From: a bacterium
GTDB lineage: Bacteria; SAR324; JACQKK01
Direction: 5' to 3'
Assembly: GCA_035266845.1 (NCBI GenBank)
Contig: DATFMP010000077.1
Location: 809 to 64,808, forward strand
Length of the DNA: 64,000 nucleotides
Part shown: piece after piece, positions 8,249 to 18,447 of the stretch
Layout of the letters: every line of letters starts with the position of its first letter
Position numbering within the stretch: position 1 is the stretch's first letter
Notes under the pieces: model-generated
What the model was told of the DNA's origin: nothing
What the model saw: only the letters and a program-made list of their open reading frames with translations
The model's database searches: none
Program-made: the position numbers and the translations under genes

Positions 8249-9670
8249 CTAACCGGCCGGCGGCTCGGGGAAGAGCGGCGCTTGGCCCGCGCGCCGGGAG
8301 GCGAGCCGCCACCCCAGCACCGCCGTCTCCGCGGCGAATGCGGCGGCCCAGGCCACAATCCCCACAACGGCTCCGTTGACGTGCGCCAGGAACAACGTGG
8401 AGCTACCGATCAGCACCACCATGGCCAGCCGCGACAGCGCGGAGACGGCCACGGTGCGGGTGCGGCGCGCACTGGCCAGCAGGCCGCGGAACAGAGCGGC
8501 ATAGCCCCAGAACACCGCCACCACGAAGCTGATCATCATGGCCGGTTCGGCGTAGTGGAGCAGATCGCCACGCAGACCCATCACGTCTGCCAGCACCACG
8601 TGGCGCAGGGGCGTTAGGAACACCGCCGCAATGCCGCCCGTGAAGCCCACCACCAGCCAGGTGGTGAATCGAAGCAGCACGCGCACATCGCTGGTGGTGC
8701 GGGCCAGGGTCTGCGCCGTCTGCACCAGATTGCGCAGGGGGCTCAGCAGCACGTTGGCCAAGCCCTGCACCACGCCGAAGGACGCCAAGGCTAACTCCGC
8801 GCGCGCAAGACGGCCCAGAAAGATGTTGATGGTCATGACCACCCCCATCTCCGTGGACTGGCTCACCATCAGCGGCCAGGCGAAGCGCCACATCTCCCCG
8901 TAGCGCACGCGCTCGCCCGCATCCACCGGAAGCCTTCGGAGAAATCCCCATGCCGCCCACCACGCGAAGCCCGTCTCCACCACCATGCAGCTCACCAGCG
9001 CCGCGGCTCCTGCGGCCGCCCCCTGAAGCACCCGGGGCAGCAGCACCAGCGAGACCCCCAGCGAGAGCAGCCGCAGCAGCGTGCTGAACGTGATCCAGAT
9101 CGTGCGCCGGTTGATCATGATGAGGGCAAAGGCCAGCGCCCGAAACATCAGCACCGGCGCGCTGAGCGAGAAATAGAACGTGGCCAGTTGCGCCTGCGCG
9201 ACCACCGCCGGGCTCCCGCCGAAGATGCCCCCATAGATCCACGCGCCCAGCGGCGTCCAGGCCACTGCCTGTGTGAGGAGCACGGGCGGCCCCACGATCA
9301 GGCAGAAGAAGCCCAGCAGGTGCCGAACGGAGCGCTGATCCCGCAGATAGGAGATGGACAGCAGCGTGTTCACTTCCGTGGAACTTGTCAGCGTGTAGTA
9401 GAACGCAAACGAGATCGAAAACGCCGCCAGCGTCAGTTCCGGATCCGTCAGCCGCGCCAGAAAGGCGTGGATGATGGACTTGGAGATCATGTTCAGCCCC
9501 GTCATGAAGATGAGCGGGAAGAAGAACGTGGCCGCGTCAACCAGCGCGATGGCGCGCAGCGTGCGGGCGTGCTCCGCGGCCTGCGGCGAGGATGACGGGT
9601 CGGGTGGCACCATGGACGGCATGGAGGGCGGCGCGGGTGACGGGTGGCGACCCCACCGCGCGGAAGGCAC
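8249..9670 (-). CDS. MOP-superfamily (MATE / polysaccharide-flippase-like) polytopic membrane transporter
   Basis: About 12-14 predicted TM helices. The N-terminal region LRAIALVDAATFFFPLIFMTGLNMISKSIIHAFLARLTDPELTLAAFSISFAFY resembles the MATE N-lobe. The start may be a downstream ATG (~9613-9622). Confidence 0.6.
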   Translation of the reverse strand: MPSARWGRHPSPAPPSMPSMVPPDPSSSPQAAEHARTLRAIALVDAATFFFPLIFMTGLNMISKSIIHAFLARLTDPELTLAAFSISFAFYYTLTSSTEVNTLLSISYLRDQRSVRHLLGFFCLIVGPPVLLTQAVAWTPLGAWIYGGIFGGSPAVVAQAQLATFYFSLSAPVLMFRALAFALIMINRRTIWITFSTLLRLLSLGVSLVLLPRVLQGAAAGAAALVSCMVVETGFAWWAAWGFLRRLPVDAGERVRYGEMWRFAWPLMVSQSTEMGVVMTINIFLGRLARAELALASFGVVQGLANVLLSPLRNLVQTAQTLARTTSDVRVLLRFTTWLVVGFTGGIAAVFLTPLRHVVLADVMGLRGDLLHYAEPAMMISFVVAVFWGYAALFRGLLASARRTRTVAVSALSRLAMVVLIGSSTLFLAHVNGAVVGIVAWAAAFAAETAVLGWRLASRRAGQAPLFPEPPAG

Positions 9671-9784
9671 AATGGGGACTTCCCTCGTATCGCGAGCGGC
9701 AGGGCCTTGGCAATTGCGGCCGTCGGCCCGGCTGGGACCTGGTGTTGGCTGGCAGTGACCCGCTCCGGCCGAATCGGGCGGGGG

Positions 9785-10690
9785 CTATTCCGCGAGGCGG
9801 TAGATTCGCACGGCGTTGTCGTGAAACAGCGCACGTTGTTCGGCCTCGGGTCGCTTGGCCACGATCGCGCCAAACCCGGTGAAGATCGTATCGAAGCTGG
9901 CCACCAGACTGTCCACCGGGAAGTTGCTGGCGAACATGCAGCGGGCAACCCCGAAGATTGCGATGGCATCGCGCACGATGGGGCCATTGGCCTCCACCGT
10001 CCAGGGCTGCCCGGGCTGCCCCAGGCCGGAGATCTTCAGCGCCACGTTGGGCTGCGCGGCCAGGGTCTCCAAGGCGAGCCGCCACGCGGCCAGACCCTCT
10101 GCGCTGCGGTCCGCGGGCAGCCCGGTGTGGTTGAGGATCATCTGCGTGCCCGGGAAGTCGCGCGCCAGTTCTGCCGCAGCCTTCAGGTGCCACCAGGGCG
10201 TCTGCAGGTCGAAGCTCAGGCCGTGGCGCTCCAGCAGGGCATAGCCCGCACGCCAGCGCGGATCGTCCATGGAGCCCGGAGCCCCGCGCCGGGCGTCCCC
10301 GGTCGTGCGCGCGGCGACGGGTTTGTGGCGCACGCCCCGCACGATGCGAAACCCGGCCTGCCCCGCCAGCACCTCCGCGACGTCGTCGCGGTCCAGCCAC
10401 GCCTGCGCCACGACGGCGCTCGGCAGTCCCTCCGCCTCGGCCAGCGCGGTGACCCAGCGCGTCTCGCCCAGCGGATCGCGTGAATCCCACTCGGCCTCCA
10501 CGTAGACCGAGCACACGATCCGGTGGCCCGCGCTGTCGCGGCGATAGTCCGCCGGCAGGTAGGGCCGGCGCAGCGCGCGGTAGTCCCCGTAGCGGAAGGC
10601 GATGGGTGGTTCGTCGCAGAGCCAGGGATGGTAGTTGCGGCGCGGATCCCAGAAGTGCTGGTGCGCGTCGCAGATGGGCAGGTCAACCAT
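9785..10690 (-). CDS. amidohydrolase-2 family (PF04909-like) metal-dependent hydrolase/lactonase
   Basis: N-terminus MVDLPICDAHQHFWD, the metal-binding HxH start of amidohydrolase-2/LigI-like enzymes. ATG verified at 10690. Confidence 0.8.
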   Translation of the reverse strand: MVDLPICDAHQHFWDPRRNYHPWLCDEPPIAFRYGDYRALRRPYLPADYRRDSAGHRIVCSVYVEAEWDSRDPLGETRWVTALAEAEGLPSAVVAQAWLDRDDVAEVLAGQAGFRIVRGVRHKPVAARTTGDARRGAPGSMDDPRWRAGYALLERHGLSFDLQTPWWHLKAAAELARDFPGTQMILNHTGLPADRSAEGLAAWRLALETLAAQPNVALKISGLGQPGQPWTVEANGPIVRDAIAIFGVARCMFASNFPVDSLVASFDTIFTGFGAIVAKRPEAEQRALFHDNAVRIYRLAE

Positions 10691-10737
10691 GGGGGGGACG
10701 CCGCGACGCGCGGGCGCCGCGACACCGGCACTGCCGG

Positions 10738-11532
10738 CTAGCGGCCCTTGAATTGCGGCTTGCGCTTCTCCATGAAGGCGCGCCGGCCCTCCACGTAGTC
10801 TTCGCTGGTGAAGCAGGCGGAGACCAGCGCCTCGGAGCGCTCCAGGTCCCGCTCTTCCGGGTCTTTGAGAAGCTCGTTGACCGTGGCCTTCACGGCGCGA
10901 ATGGTGAGCGGCGCGTTGCCGGCGATGGTGCCCGCGTACTCGCGCACGTAGCCCTCCAACTGCTCTTCGGGCAGCACGCGATTGACCCATCCCATCGTCA
11001 GGGCCTCCTCTGCGGAGAACTGGCGCGCTGTGTAGAAGATCTCCTTGACGAAGGCGGGATTGACCACGCTCATCAGCTTGCGGATGCCGTGGGCCCGATA
11101 GCCCACGCCCAGTTTGGCGGCCGGCACGGCGAAGCGGGACTTCTCGGAGACGATGCGCAGGTCACAGCTCATCGCCAGGGAGACGCCCCCGCCCATGCAG
11201 TAGCCGTTGATCATGGCAATGGTGGGCTTGCTCGTCTCGTAGATGGACTTGGACGCTTGCTCCGTGGTGCGATCCCAGAACGCGGTGTCCTCGGCCGAGG
11301 CGCGCTGCTTTTCGAACGTGGAGATGTCCGCGCCGGAGACGAAGGCCTTGTCGCCCGCGCCCCGCAACACGATTACGCGCACCTCGTCGTCCTGCTCGTA
11401 CGCCTCCATCACCTCCGCGGTCGCCTGGTACATCTCCAGCGACATGGCGTTGTGGCGGGCGGGGTTGTTGAAGATCAACCAGCCGATCGCGCCTTCCTTT
11501 TCGGCGATCAATTTTTCCGTCGACGTCTTCAT
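10738..11532 (-). CDS. enoyl-CoA hydratase/isomerase (crotonase) family
   Basis: 264 aa from ATG 11532 (MKTSTEKLIAEKEGAIGWLIFNNPARHNAMS). The oxyanion region VLRGAGDKAFVSGADIS and MINGYCMGGG are classic crotonase-fold motifs. Confidence 0.85.
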   Translation of the reverse strand: MKTSTEKLIAEKEGAIGWLIFNNPARHNAMSLEMYQATAEVMEAYEQDDEVRVIVLRGAGDKAFVSGADISTFEKQRASAEDTAFWDRTTEQASKSIYETSKPTIAMINGYCMGGGVSLAMSCDLRIVSEKSRFAVPAAKLGVGYRAHGIRKLMSVVNPAFVKEIFYTARQFSAEEALTMGWVNRVLPEEQLEGYVREYAGTIAGNAPLTIRAVKATVNELLKDPEERDLERSEALVSACFTSEDYVEGRRAFMEKRKPQFKGR

Positions 11533-11867
11533 GCGGCTCCTGGGGTGGTATGAAGCGGCCCACGAAGGGGCCTCGGCATATCGCCCACTATAGGCGCGCC
11601 GCGCTCCGCTTGGCAACGGCATGGCGACGCGCGCTTCGTCGCCACGGCGGCCACCGGCGAGCGCCTGGGGCAGCGTCGCAACCACGCAGGGCACGCCGGC
11701 AGTGCACGTGTGTGCCGCCCCATCAATACGGGCTTTGCGCCACCGCCAGGGCTGTGATAAGCCGAGGGTCCGCGAGACAGGGGGGCGGCGGCGGCGTGGG
11801 GCCGCAGCCAAATAGATGCGCTCTCGCGATTCTGCGGTTCGATGCTTCGACAACAGAGGGGAACATC

Positions 11868-12911
11868 ATGCGTGCCACGTTGCTGAAAGCAGTGGCCTGC
11901 TTGGCGCTGGCCATGCTTGTGTCCGCGCCGGTATGGGCCGATATGGCGCCCTGGGAAAAGCAACTCTACGAGGCGGCGAAGAAGGAGAAGGAATTCACCG
12001 TCTACACGGCCCACTACAACTCGGAAGAAGCCGCCGCCATCTGCGCCGGTTACGACAAGAAGTACCCCGGCGTCCACTGCAACTTCATTCGCACCACGGC
12101 CCAGGTGGCCTATCAACGCCTGGCGCAGGACATGAAGGCTGGCTTGGCGGTGGCCTCCGTGATCAGTTCTACGGACCTGAGCCACTACCCGAAGATGAAG
12201 CAAGCGGGTTGGCTGATGAAGTACCGGCCGCACAGCCTGACCAATATGATCGATGCCTTCAAGCCATACAACGATCCCGACGACTACTACTTCGTGACGG
12301 CAGCCGGGCTGGTGCTGATCAACTACAACTCCGATCTGGTCTCCGAGGCGGACGCGCCCAAGAAGTGGACCGATCTGCTCGACCCGAAGTGGAAGAACAA
12401 GGTCGCGATCGGCCACCCGGGCTTCTCGGGCTACGTGGGCACGTGGGTCGTGCTGATGCGCAAGATGTACGGCTGGGACTACTTCACGAAGCTGGAGAAG
12501 AACAAGCCGCAGATTGGCCGTTCCATCAACGACACGGTGACCATGCTCAACGCCAAGGAGCGCTGGGTCGGCGCCGGGCCCTCCGCCACCACCCTGCGCA
12601 GCAAGGACAAGGGCAATCCGTTGGGCGTGATCTATCCCGAGGATGGCACGCTGTTGATGATCTCGCCGTCGGGCGTGCTCAAGAATGCGCCCGCCCCGAA
12701 CGCCGGCAAGCTCTACATCGAGTTCCTGATGAACAAGGAAGCCGCGGAAATCGAGGTCAAGCAGCGCGGTGAATCCATCGTGAAGGGGGTCAAGCCACTG
12801 CCCGGGGCTCGCTCGCTCGAGCACGTGAAGACCGTGCGCCCCTCCCTGGAGGAAATCCAGAAGGGCATCCCTGAAGTGAAAGAGCTGTTCCGCGATACGT
12901 TCGGTATCTGA
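11868..12911 (+). CDS. ABC transporter periplasmic substrate-binding protein (family 1, Fe3+/thiamine FbpA/ThiB-like)
   Basis: Signal peptide MRATLLKAVACLALAMLVSAPVWA. Overall similarity to FbpA/AfuA-type SBPs. ATG 11868 with a GGGGAA RBS. Confidence 0.8.
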   Translation: MRATLLKAVACLALAMLVSAPVWADMAPWEKQLYEAAKKEKEFTVYTAHYNSEEAAAICAGYDKKYPGVHCNFIRTTAQVAYQRLAQDMKAGLAVASVISSTDLSHYPKMKQAGWLMKYRPHSLTNMIDAFKPYNDPDDYYFVTAAGLVLINYNSDLVSEADAPKKWTDLLDPKWKNKVAIGHPGFSGYVGTWVVLMRKMYGWDYFTKLEKNKPQIGRSINDTVTMLNAKERWVGAGPSATTLRSKDKGNPLGVIYPEDGTLLMISPSGVLKNAPAPNAGKLYIEFLMNKEAAEIEVKQRGESIVKGVKPLPGARSLEHVKTVRPSLEEIQKGIPEVKELFRDTFGI

Positions 12912-13049
12912 TCCACGCTGCGGTTCTGGACCCGGCCCGTGCGCGCTTGCGTTCGGGCCGGGCCACGCCCTTATGGGGTGCGGCACCGCGCGCCTGCCGG
13001 CGCACATCCGGGCCGTGCCTGAACGAGGAACCTGCACGCAGGGGATCAG

Positions 13050-14792
13050 ATGACCGACGCCACATCGGGCAAGGCCGCCGCGGGTGGAAACTCGGCCTTC
13101 GGGCAGTGGTGGCGGAACCTGGACAAGTCCGTCATCGTGTGGGTGCTGATCATCGGGGTGCTGTTGTTCCTGGTGGTCAATCCACTGGCCCGACTGTTCC
13201 TGGTGAGCTTCCAGCACCAGGACAGCGGGACGTTTACCCTCGCGAACTACATCTACGCCTATAGCCGCTGGCGCTACCTGCAGGCGCTGGGCAATTCCCT
13301 CACGCTGGGAATCTCAACGGCCGTGCTTTGCACGGCGTTCGGGGTGCCCATGGCCTGGGCGGTTTCCCGCACGGACATGCCCGCCAAGGGGCTGGTGTGG
13401 GTGTCCATCCTGGGCACCTTCATCGTGCCGTCGTACCTGGGCGCGGTGGCGTGGATCCTGTTGGCCGGCCCCAACGCGGGCTGGCTCAACCGCATCTTCA
13501 TGGCCCTAACGGGCGTGGAGCGCGGGCCCTTCAACGTCTACAGCATGCCGGGGCTGGTGGTAGTGATCGCCTGCTACTCCTTCCCGTACATGTTCGTGTT
13601 CACCAAGTCGGCGCTGGACCTGGTCTCCTCCGAGATGGAGGACGCGGCAAACATCCTGGGGGCAGGCATCTGGCGCACCACCTTCCGCGTCACGCTGCCG
13701 CTGGCCACGCCCGCGATCCTGGGCGCGTTCATCATCAGCTTCCTGGAAGCCATCGCCCTGTTTGGAACGCCGGCGTTGCTGGCACTGCCGGCGCGCTTCC
13801 AGGTCGTGACGACGCAGCTCTGGCAGTTCTTCGAATTCCCACCCAAGGTCGGCGTCGCCGCGGCCTATGCCATGCCGCTGCTGCTGATCACGATGGGCCT
13901 GTTCTGGCTGCAACGGCGCCTGCTGGCCCGCAAGGGCTACGTGGCCCTGACGGGCAAGGGCGGTGAGCGCCGACCCGTGCCGCTGGGCCGCTGGCGCTGG
14001 CCGATGCTGGGCTATTGCCTGTTCGTGTGCTCGCTGTCGGTGTACATGCCCGCCGTCGTGCTGCTGCAGGCGGCTTTTGCCAAGGCCTGGGGGCGCGGGT
14101 TCTCGCTGGATAATCTCACGTTGGCCAACCTGAAGTGGGTGCTCGTGGACCAGACCCAGACCCAGGAGGCCATCTACAACACGTTCCTGTTCGCCGGTTC
14201 CGCCGCGCTGATCGCGCTCTCGCTGGCCCTGTGCATCGCCTACATCGTGAACCGACAGCTCGTGCGCTTCGGCAATGTGCTGGCGTTCCTCGCCATGGCG
14301 CCCTTCGTCATTCCGGGCATCGTGCTGGCGCTGGGGTTCTACGCCGCCTACACCAACCCGCCGCTGATGCTCTACGGCACGGCGTGGATCCTGATCCTGG
14401 CGTTCGCAACGCGCTTTCTGCCCATCGCCTATGCCAACAGTCACGCCGCCATCCGTTCGGTGAATCCGGAACTGGAGGATGCCGTGCGCATCCTAGGCGG
14501 CAGTCGCCTTACGGCCATTCGCCGCGTGGTCGCGCCGCTGCTAAAGCGGGGTCTGGCCGGAGGCTTCATCCTGGTGTTCATCCCGGCCACACGCGAGCTG
14601 AGCTCGGCCATCTTCCTGTATTCCATCAAAACGCAGGTGCTCTCCGTGCTGCTGTTCGACAAGAGCGACGAGGGTAACTTCGAGATCCTCGCGGCAATCG
14701 GGCTGGTGCTGGTGGTCATCACGGTCATCACCGTGCTGATCGGCTTCCGCCTGCTGGGCCGCGACTTCATGCTGCGGAGGACAACGGCATGA
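13050..14792 (+). CDS. ABC transporter permease, duplicated two-domain type (FbpB/ThiP-like)
   Basis: 580 aa with two repeated 6-TM permease modules, each carrying an EAA-like loop. It follows the SBP. Confidence 0.85.
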   Translation: MTDATSGKAAAGGNSAFGQWWRNLDKSVIVWVLIIGVLLFLVVNPLARLFLVSFQHQDSGTFTLANYIYAYSRWRYLQALGNSLTLGISTAVLCTAFGVPMAWAVSRTDMPAKGLVWVSILGTFIVPSYLGAVAWILLAGPNAGWLNRIFMALTGVERGPFNVYSMPGLVVVIACYSFPYMFVFTKSALDLVSSEMEDAANILGAGIWRTTFRVTLPLATPAILGAFIISFLEAIALFGTPALLALPARFQVVTTQLWQFFEFPPKVGVAAAYAMPLLLITMGLFWLQRRLLARKGYVALTGKGGERRPVPLGRWRWPMLGYCLFVCSLSVYMPAVVLLQAAFAKAWGRGFSLDNLTLANLKWVLVDQTQTQEAIYNTFLFAGSAALIALSLALCIAYIVNRQLVRFGNVLAFLAMAPFVIPGIVLALGFYAAYTNPPLMLYGTAWILILAFATRFLPIAYANSHAAIRSVNPELEDAVRILGGSRLTAIRRVVAPLLKRGLAGGFILVFIPATRELSSAIFLYSIKTQVLSVLLFDKSDEGNFEILAAIGLVLVVITVITVLIGFRLLGRDFMLRRTTA

Positions 14793-15859
14793 GCAAACTG
14801 GCCCTGCACAATGTGACCAAGCGCTTCGGCGAATACTCGGCGGTCAAGGACTTCAACCTGGAATTGCGGGAAGGCGAGTTCGTGTCGCTGCTGGGCCCGT
14901 CAGGCTGTGGCAAGACGACCACGCTGCGCATGATCGCCGGCTTCATCAATCCCTCGTCCGGCACGATCGAAGTGGATGGCGGCGTGATCTCCTCGCCCAC
15001 GTCCTCCCTGCCGCCGGAGAAGCGCAGCATGTCCATGATCTTCCAGAGCTACGCGATCTGGCCGAACATGACGGTGTACGAGAACGTCGCCTTCGGCCTC
15101 AAGATCCGCCGGCTCGCCGCCGCGGAGATTCGCCGCAAGGTGGAGCAGATCTTGGAGGTCGTGCAGTTGGGGCACCTCAAGGACCGCTACCCGGCTGAGT
15201 TGTCCGGCGGGCAGCAGCAGCGCGTGGCGTTGGCCCGCGCTGTGGTGGTGCAGCCGGCGGTGCTGCTGCTGGATGAGCCGCTCTCGAACCTGGACGCGAA
15301 CCTGCGCGAGGAAATGCGATACGAAATCCGGCGTCTGCACGATGAGATCAAGATCACCACGGTCTACGTGACCCATGACCAAGCCGAGGCCATGGTGACC
15401 TCGGACCGCATCGCCGTGATGAACCTGGGCCGCATCGAGCAGATTGATGACCCCTTTACCCTGTACGCCCGGCCCCGCACCCGGTTCGTGGCCGGCTTCA
15501 TCGGCCGCACCAACTTCATCGATGGCGAGGTGCGCGGCGAGCGGGTGGAGTTCGACCACTTCGGGATAGACCTGTCGCGGTTCGAGGAGAGCGCCGGCCT
15601 ACAGGGCAGCGTCTCCTTCTCTCTGCGCCCGCAGAGCATCCAGCTCCACCGGCACAGCCCCTCCGACGGCAATGGCGACGTGGTGCTGCCGGGGCGGGTC
15701 ACGCAGCGCGCTTATCTGGGCGAGCACTGGGACTATGCCGTGACCCCTCGCGACAGCGCACTCTCGCTGCGCGTCACCGCGAGACCCCACGAGGTATTCA
15801 AACTCGACGAGGAGGTGTGGCTGGAGCTGGACCCGCACCAGATGTCCCATATCCGTTAG
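14789..15859 (+). CDS. ABC transporter ATP-binding protein (FbpC/PotA-like importer NBD)
   Basis: Walker A GPSGCGKTT, signature LSGGQQQRVALARA, Walker B LLLDEPLSNLD, and a C-terminal TOBE-like regulatory domain. Overlaps the permease stop by 4 nt. Confidence 0.9.
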   Translation: MSKLALHNVTKRFGEYSAVKDFNLELREGEFVSLLGPSGCGKTTTLRMIAGFINPSSGTIEVDGGVISSPTSSLPPEKRSMSMIFQSYAIWPNMTVYENVAFGLKIRRLAAAEIRRKVEQILEVVQLGHLKDRYPAELSGGQQQRVALARAVVVQPAVLLLDEPLSNLDANLREEMRYEIRRLHDEIKITTVYVTHDQAEAMVTSDRIAVMNLGRIEQIDDPFTLYARPRTRFVAGFIGRTNFIDGEVRGERVEFDHFGIDLSRFEESAGLQGSVSFSLRPQSIQLHRHSPSDGNGDVVLPGRVTQRAYLGEHWDYAVTPRDSALSLRVTARPHEVFKLDEEVWLELDPHQMSHIR

Positions 15860-15873
15860 GCTGGGCCCACGTC

Positions 15874-15903
15874 GGAGCCGCTCCCCCGGGGCGGGGCGGC
15901 TCC
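15874..15903. terminator. GC-rich hairpin between convergent genes (putative bidirectional terminator)
   Basis: GGAGCCGC-tcccccggggcggg-GCGGCTCC, a perfect 8-bp inverted repeat with an inner CCCC/GGGG palindrome. It lies between the ABC ATPase stop (15859) and the minus-strand CGS stop (15909). There is no U-tract. Confidence 0.35.
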
Positions 15904-15908
15904 GGTGT

Positions 15909-16967
15909 TCACCCGCGCAGCCCCTGCTCCAGATCCGCGATGAGGTCTTCCGCGGCCTCCAGCCCGACGGAGAGCCGCAGCAGGCCCTCCGGCGCGTTGG
16001 GGTCGTGCTGCCGGCGCCACTCGATGAGGGATTCCACGCCGCCCAGCGACGTTGCGTTGCGGAACAGCCGCAAGCGGTCCGGCAGGGCCTGCGCAGCCTC
16101 GGCGCTGTCCAGTTCGATGGAGAGCACGCCTCCGGGGCCGTGCATCTGTTCCGTGGCCACCTTGTACCCCGGGTGCGAGGCCAGCGAGGGATGCCACACA
16201 CGTGGCACGCGGCCCTCCAGCCACGCCGCGAGCCGCGTGGCGCTCGCGCTCTGCCGCTCCACGCGCAGGGCCAGCGTGCGCAGGGAGCGCAGCGTGAGCC
16301 ACACCTCCAGGGCACCCGGCACGGAGCCCAGCACGGTACGCTCGGCGCGCAGCTTGTCGGCCTGCTCCGCCGTCGGGGCCACCAGCACGCCACCCAGCGC
16401 GTCGGAGTGCCCGCTGAGGAACTTCGTGGTGCTGTGCATCACCAGATCGGCCCCCAGCGCCAGCGGCTGTTGCAGGATGGGCGTGGCGAAGGTGCTGTCC
16501 ACCACCACCTTGGCGCCCGCATCGTGGGCGCGGCGGGCATGGGCGGCGATGTCCTCGATCTCGCAGGTGGGATTCTTCGGCGTCTCCAGCCAGATCACGT
16601 CCCCCGCCTGCGGAGCGGTCTCCAGTCCCATCACCTCCACGCCGTCCTCGTGCAGGCGCTCCAGCACCAGGTGCGTCCCGTGGTACCCGCGATCAATGGC
16701 CACGCGCCGGGGCCGCAGGTGCCGCAGAGCGGCATAGACCGCCGCCAGCCCGGAGGCATAGGTCACCGCATGGCCGCCTTCGAGCGCCCCCAGCACGACC
16801 TCCAAGCGCCTCCGCGTGGCCGTATCGTTGCGTCCGTAGACCAGCGCCTCATCATTGCCGGCGCGGTAGGTGGTGGCGAGGTGCAGCGGCGGCGAGACGT
16901 CCGGCGTGGACTCCGTGTCGTCGTCTGCGTGCAACGCCAGCGTGGCGGGCTGTGGTCGGTCGCTCAT
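15909..16967 (-). CDS. Cys/Met-metabolism PLP-dependent enzyme (cystathionine gamma-synthase / gamma-lyase family)
   Basis: 352 aa. Contains TTKFLSGHSDALGGVL (the PLP-lysine region of the trans-sulfuration fold) and the AVETLGG-like GGVESLIEW. Confidence 0.85.
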   Translation of the reverse strand: MSDRPQPATLALHADDDTESTPDVSPPLHLATTYRAGNDEALVYGRNDTATRRRLEVVLGALEGGHAVTYASGLAAVYAALRHLRPRRVAIDRGYHGTHLVLERLHEDGVEVMGLETAPQAGDVIWLETPKNPTCEIEDIAAHARRAHDAGAKVVVDSTFATPILQQPLALGADLVMHSTTKFLSGHSDALGGVLVAPTAEQADKLRAERTVLGSVPGALEVWLTLRSLRTLALRVERQSASATRLAAWLEGRVPRVWHPSLASHPGYKVATEQMHGPGGVLSIELDSAEAAQALPDRLRLFRNATSLGGVESLIEWRRQHDPNAPEGLLRLSVGLEAAEDLIADLEQGLRG

Positions 16968-17195
16968 TCGTGCGTCCTTCGTGAAGCGCTGTGAGTGGCG
17001 GGTGTGCCGGTGGGGCCAGCGGCGCGGTCGGCCCCATCATGCGGCGGAGCTGCGCGTGGCGCAAGGGACGGCCGCCGTGTGGCACGCGGCCCCGCGCTCC
17101 CGTCCCTGGCACTGCCGGTGCGTGAACTAGTGGTCACCACGGGCGAGGAAGATACGGATGCGGGCGGCCTCCCGACCGGAGGCGCTGGTGGCGCA

Positions 17196-17747
17196 TCAGT
17201 CCTCACCGGCGTCGGTCACGGACACATTGCCCAGACCGGCCGCCTCGAACCAGCCTTGGACGTCCGCCCGGTCAAAGCCCATCCAGCGGTCGTGGTGCTC
17301 GTAGCGCAGGAATGTATGAGTGTGCGCATCCACGTCCGTGAGGATCAGCCGTCCGCCCGGCTTCAGAATGCGCGTCAGCTCCGCGATGGCCGCAGCGGGC
17401 CGCTCCGTATGGTGCAGGTACATGTTGGCGAAAACCCGGTCCACCATGCCCTCCGCGATGGGCAGGTGCTCGGCCTCACCCTCGCGATAGGTGATGCCTT
17501 CCTCGCCCAGGCGCTGCCGCATCTCGGCCAGCATGGCCGGGGACTGGTCCACGGCGATCACCTGCAGGCCCCGCCCCAGCAGCCCTTCGCTCATGAAGCC
17601 GCTGCCCGCGCCGATATCCGCCACGGTCATGCCGGGCTTCAGTTCCGCCGCGGCGTAGGCCTTCTCGCGCACGCCGGTGGAGAAGAACTCCTGGCGCATC
17701 GCATCCCACTGCGGTGCGACCTCTTCGAAATAGTCCTTGCTGGACAC
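17196..17747 (-). CDS. class I SAM-dependent methyltransferase
   Basis: Motif I VADIGAGSGF, post-I LQVIAVDQS, Methyltransf_11-like. The start is GTG at 17747. Confidence 0.8.
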   Translation of the reverse strand: MSSKDYFEEVAPQWDAMRQEFFSTGVREKAYAAAELKPGMTVADIGAGSGFMSEGLLGRGLQVIAVDQSPAMLAEMRQRLGEEGITYREGEAEHLPIAEGMVDRVFANMYLHHTERPAAAIAELTRILKPGGRLILTDVDAHTHTFLRYEHHDRWMGFDRADVQGWFEAAGLGNVSVTDAGED

Positions 17748-17800
17748 GCCTTGCCTCTGTCTGAGGGCGCCTATTCGCGCCGCGCCCCAACCCCACGATT

Positions 17801-17830
17801 ATTCTACAAATATCGAACTATTGACGTCAA
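17801..17830 (-). promoter_or_regulatory. putative sigma70-type promoter for the methyltransferase gene
   Basis: On the minus strand: TTGACG (-35, part of the palindrome TTGACGTCAA), an 18-nt spacer, then TAGAAT (-10), about 45 nt upstream of the start. It is one of the few AT-rich patches in this region. Confidence 0.3.
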
Positions 17831-17849
17831 GCCCGATCACGGTGCACCT

Positions 17850-18371
<522 letters not shown>

Positions 18372-18447
18372 CTAAAGTTGCGGACGGATCGCGCAAAAGG
18401 CAAGGCGCAACGCCCACAACCGCCGCTTCGATCGGAGTCCGCCCCAC

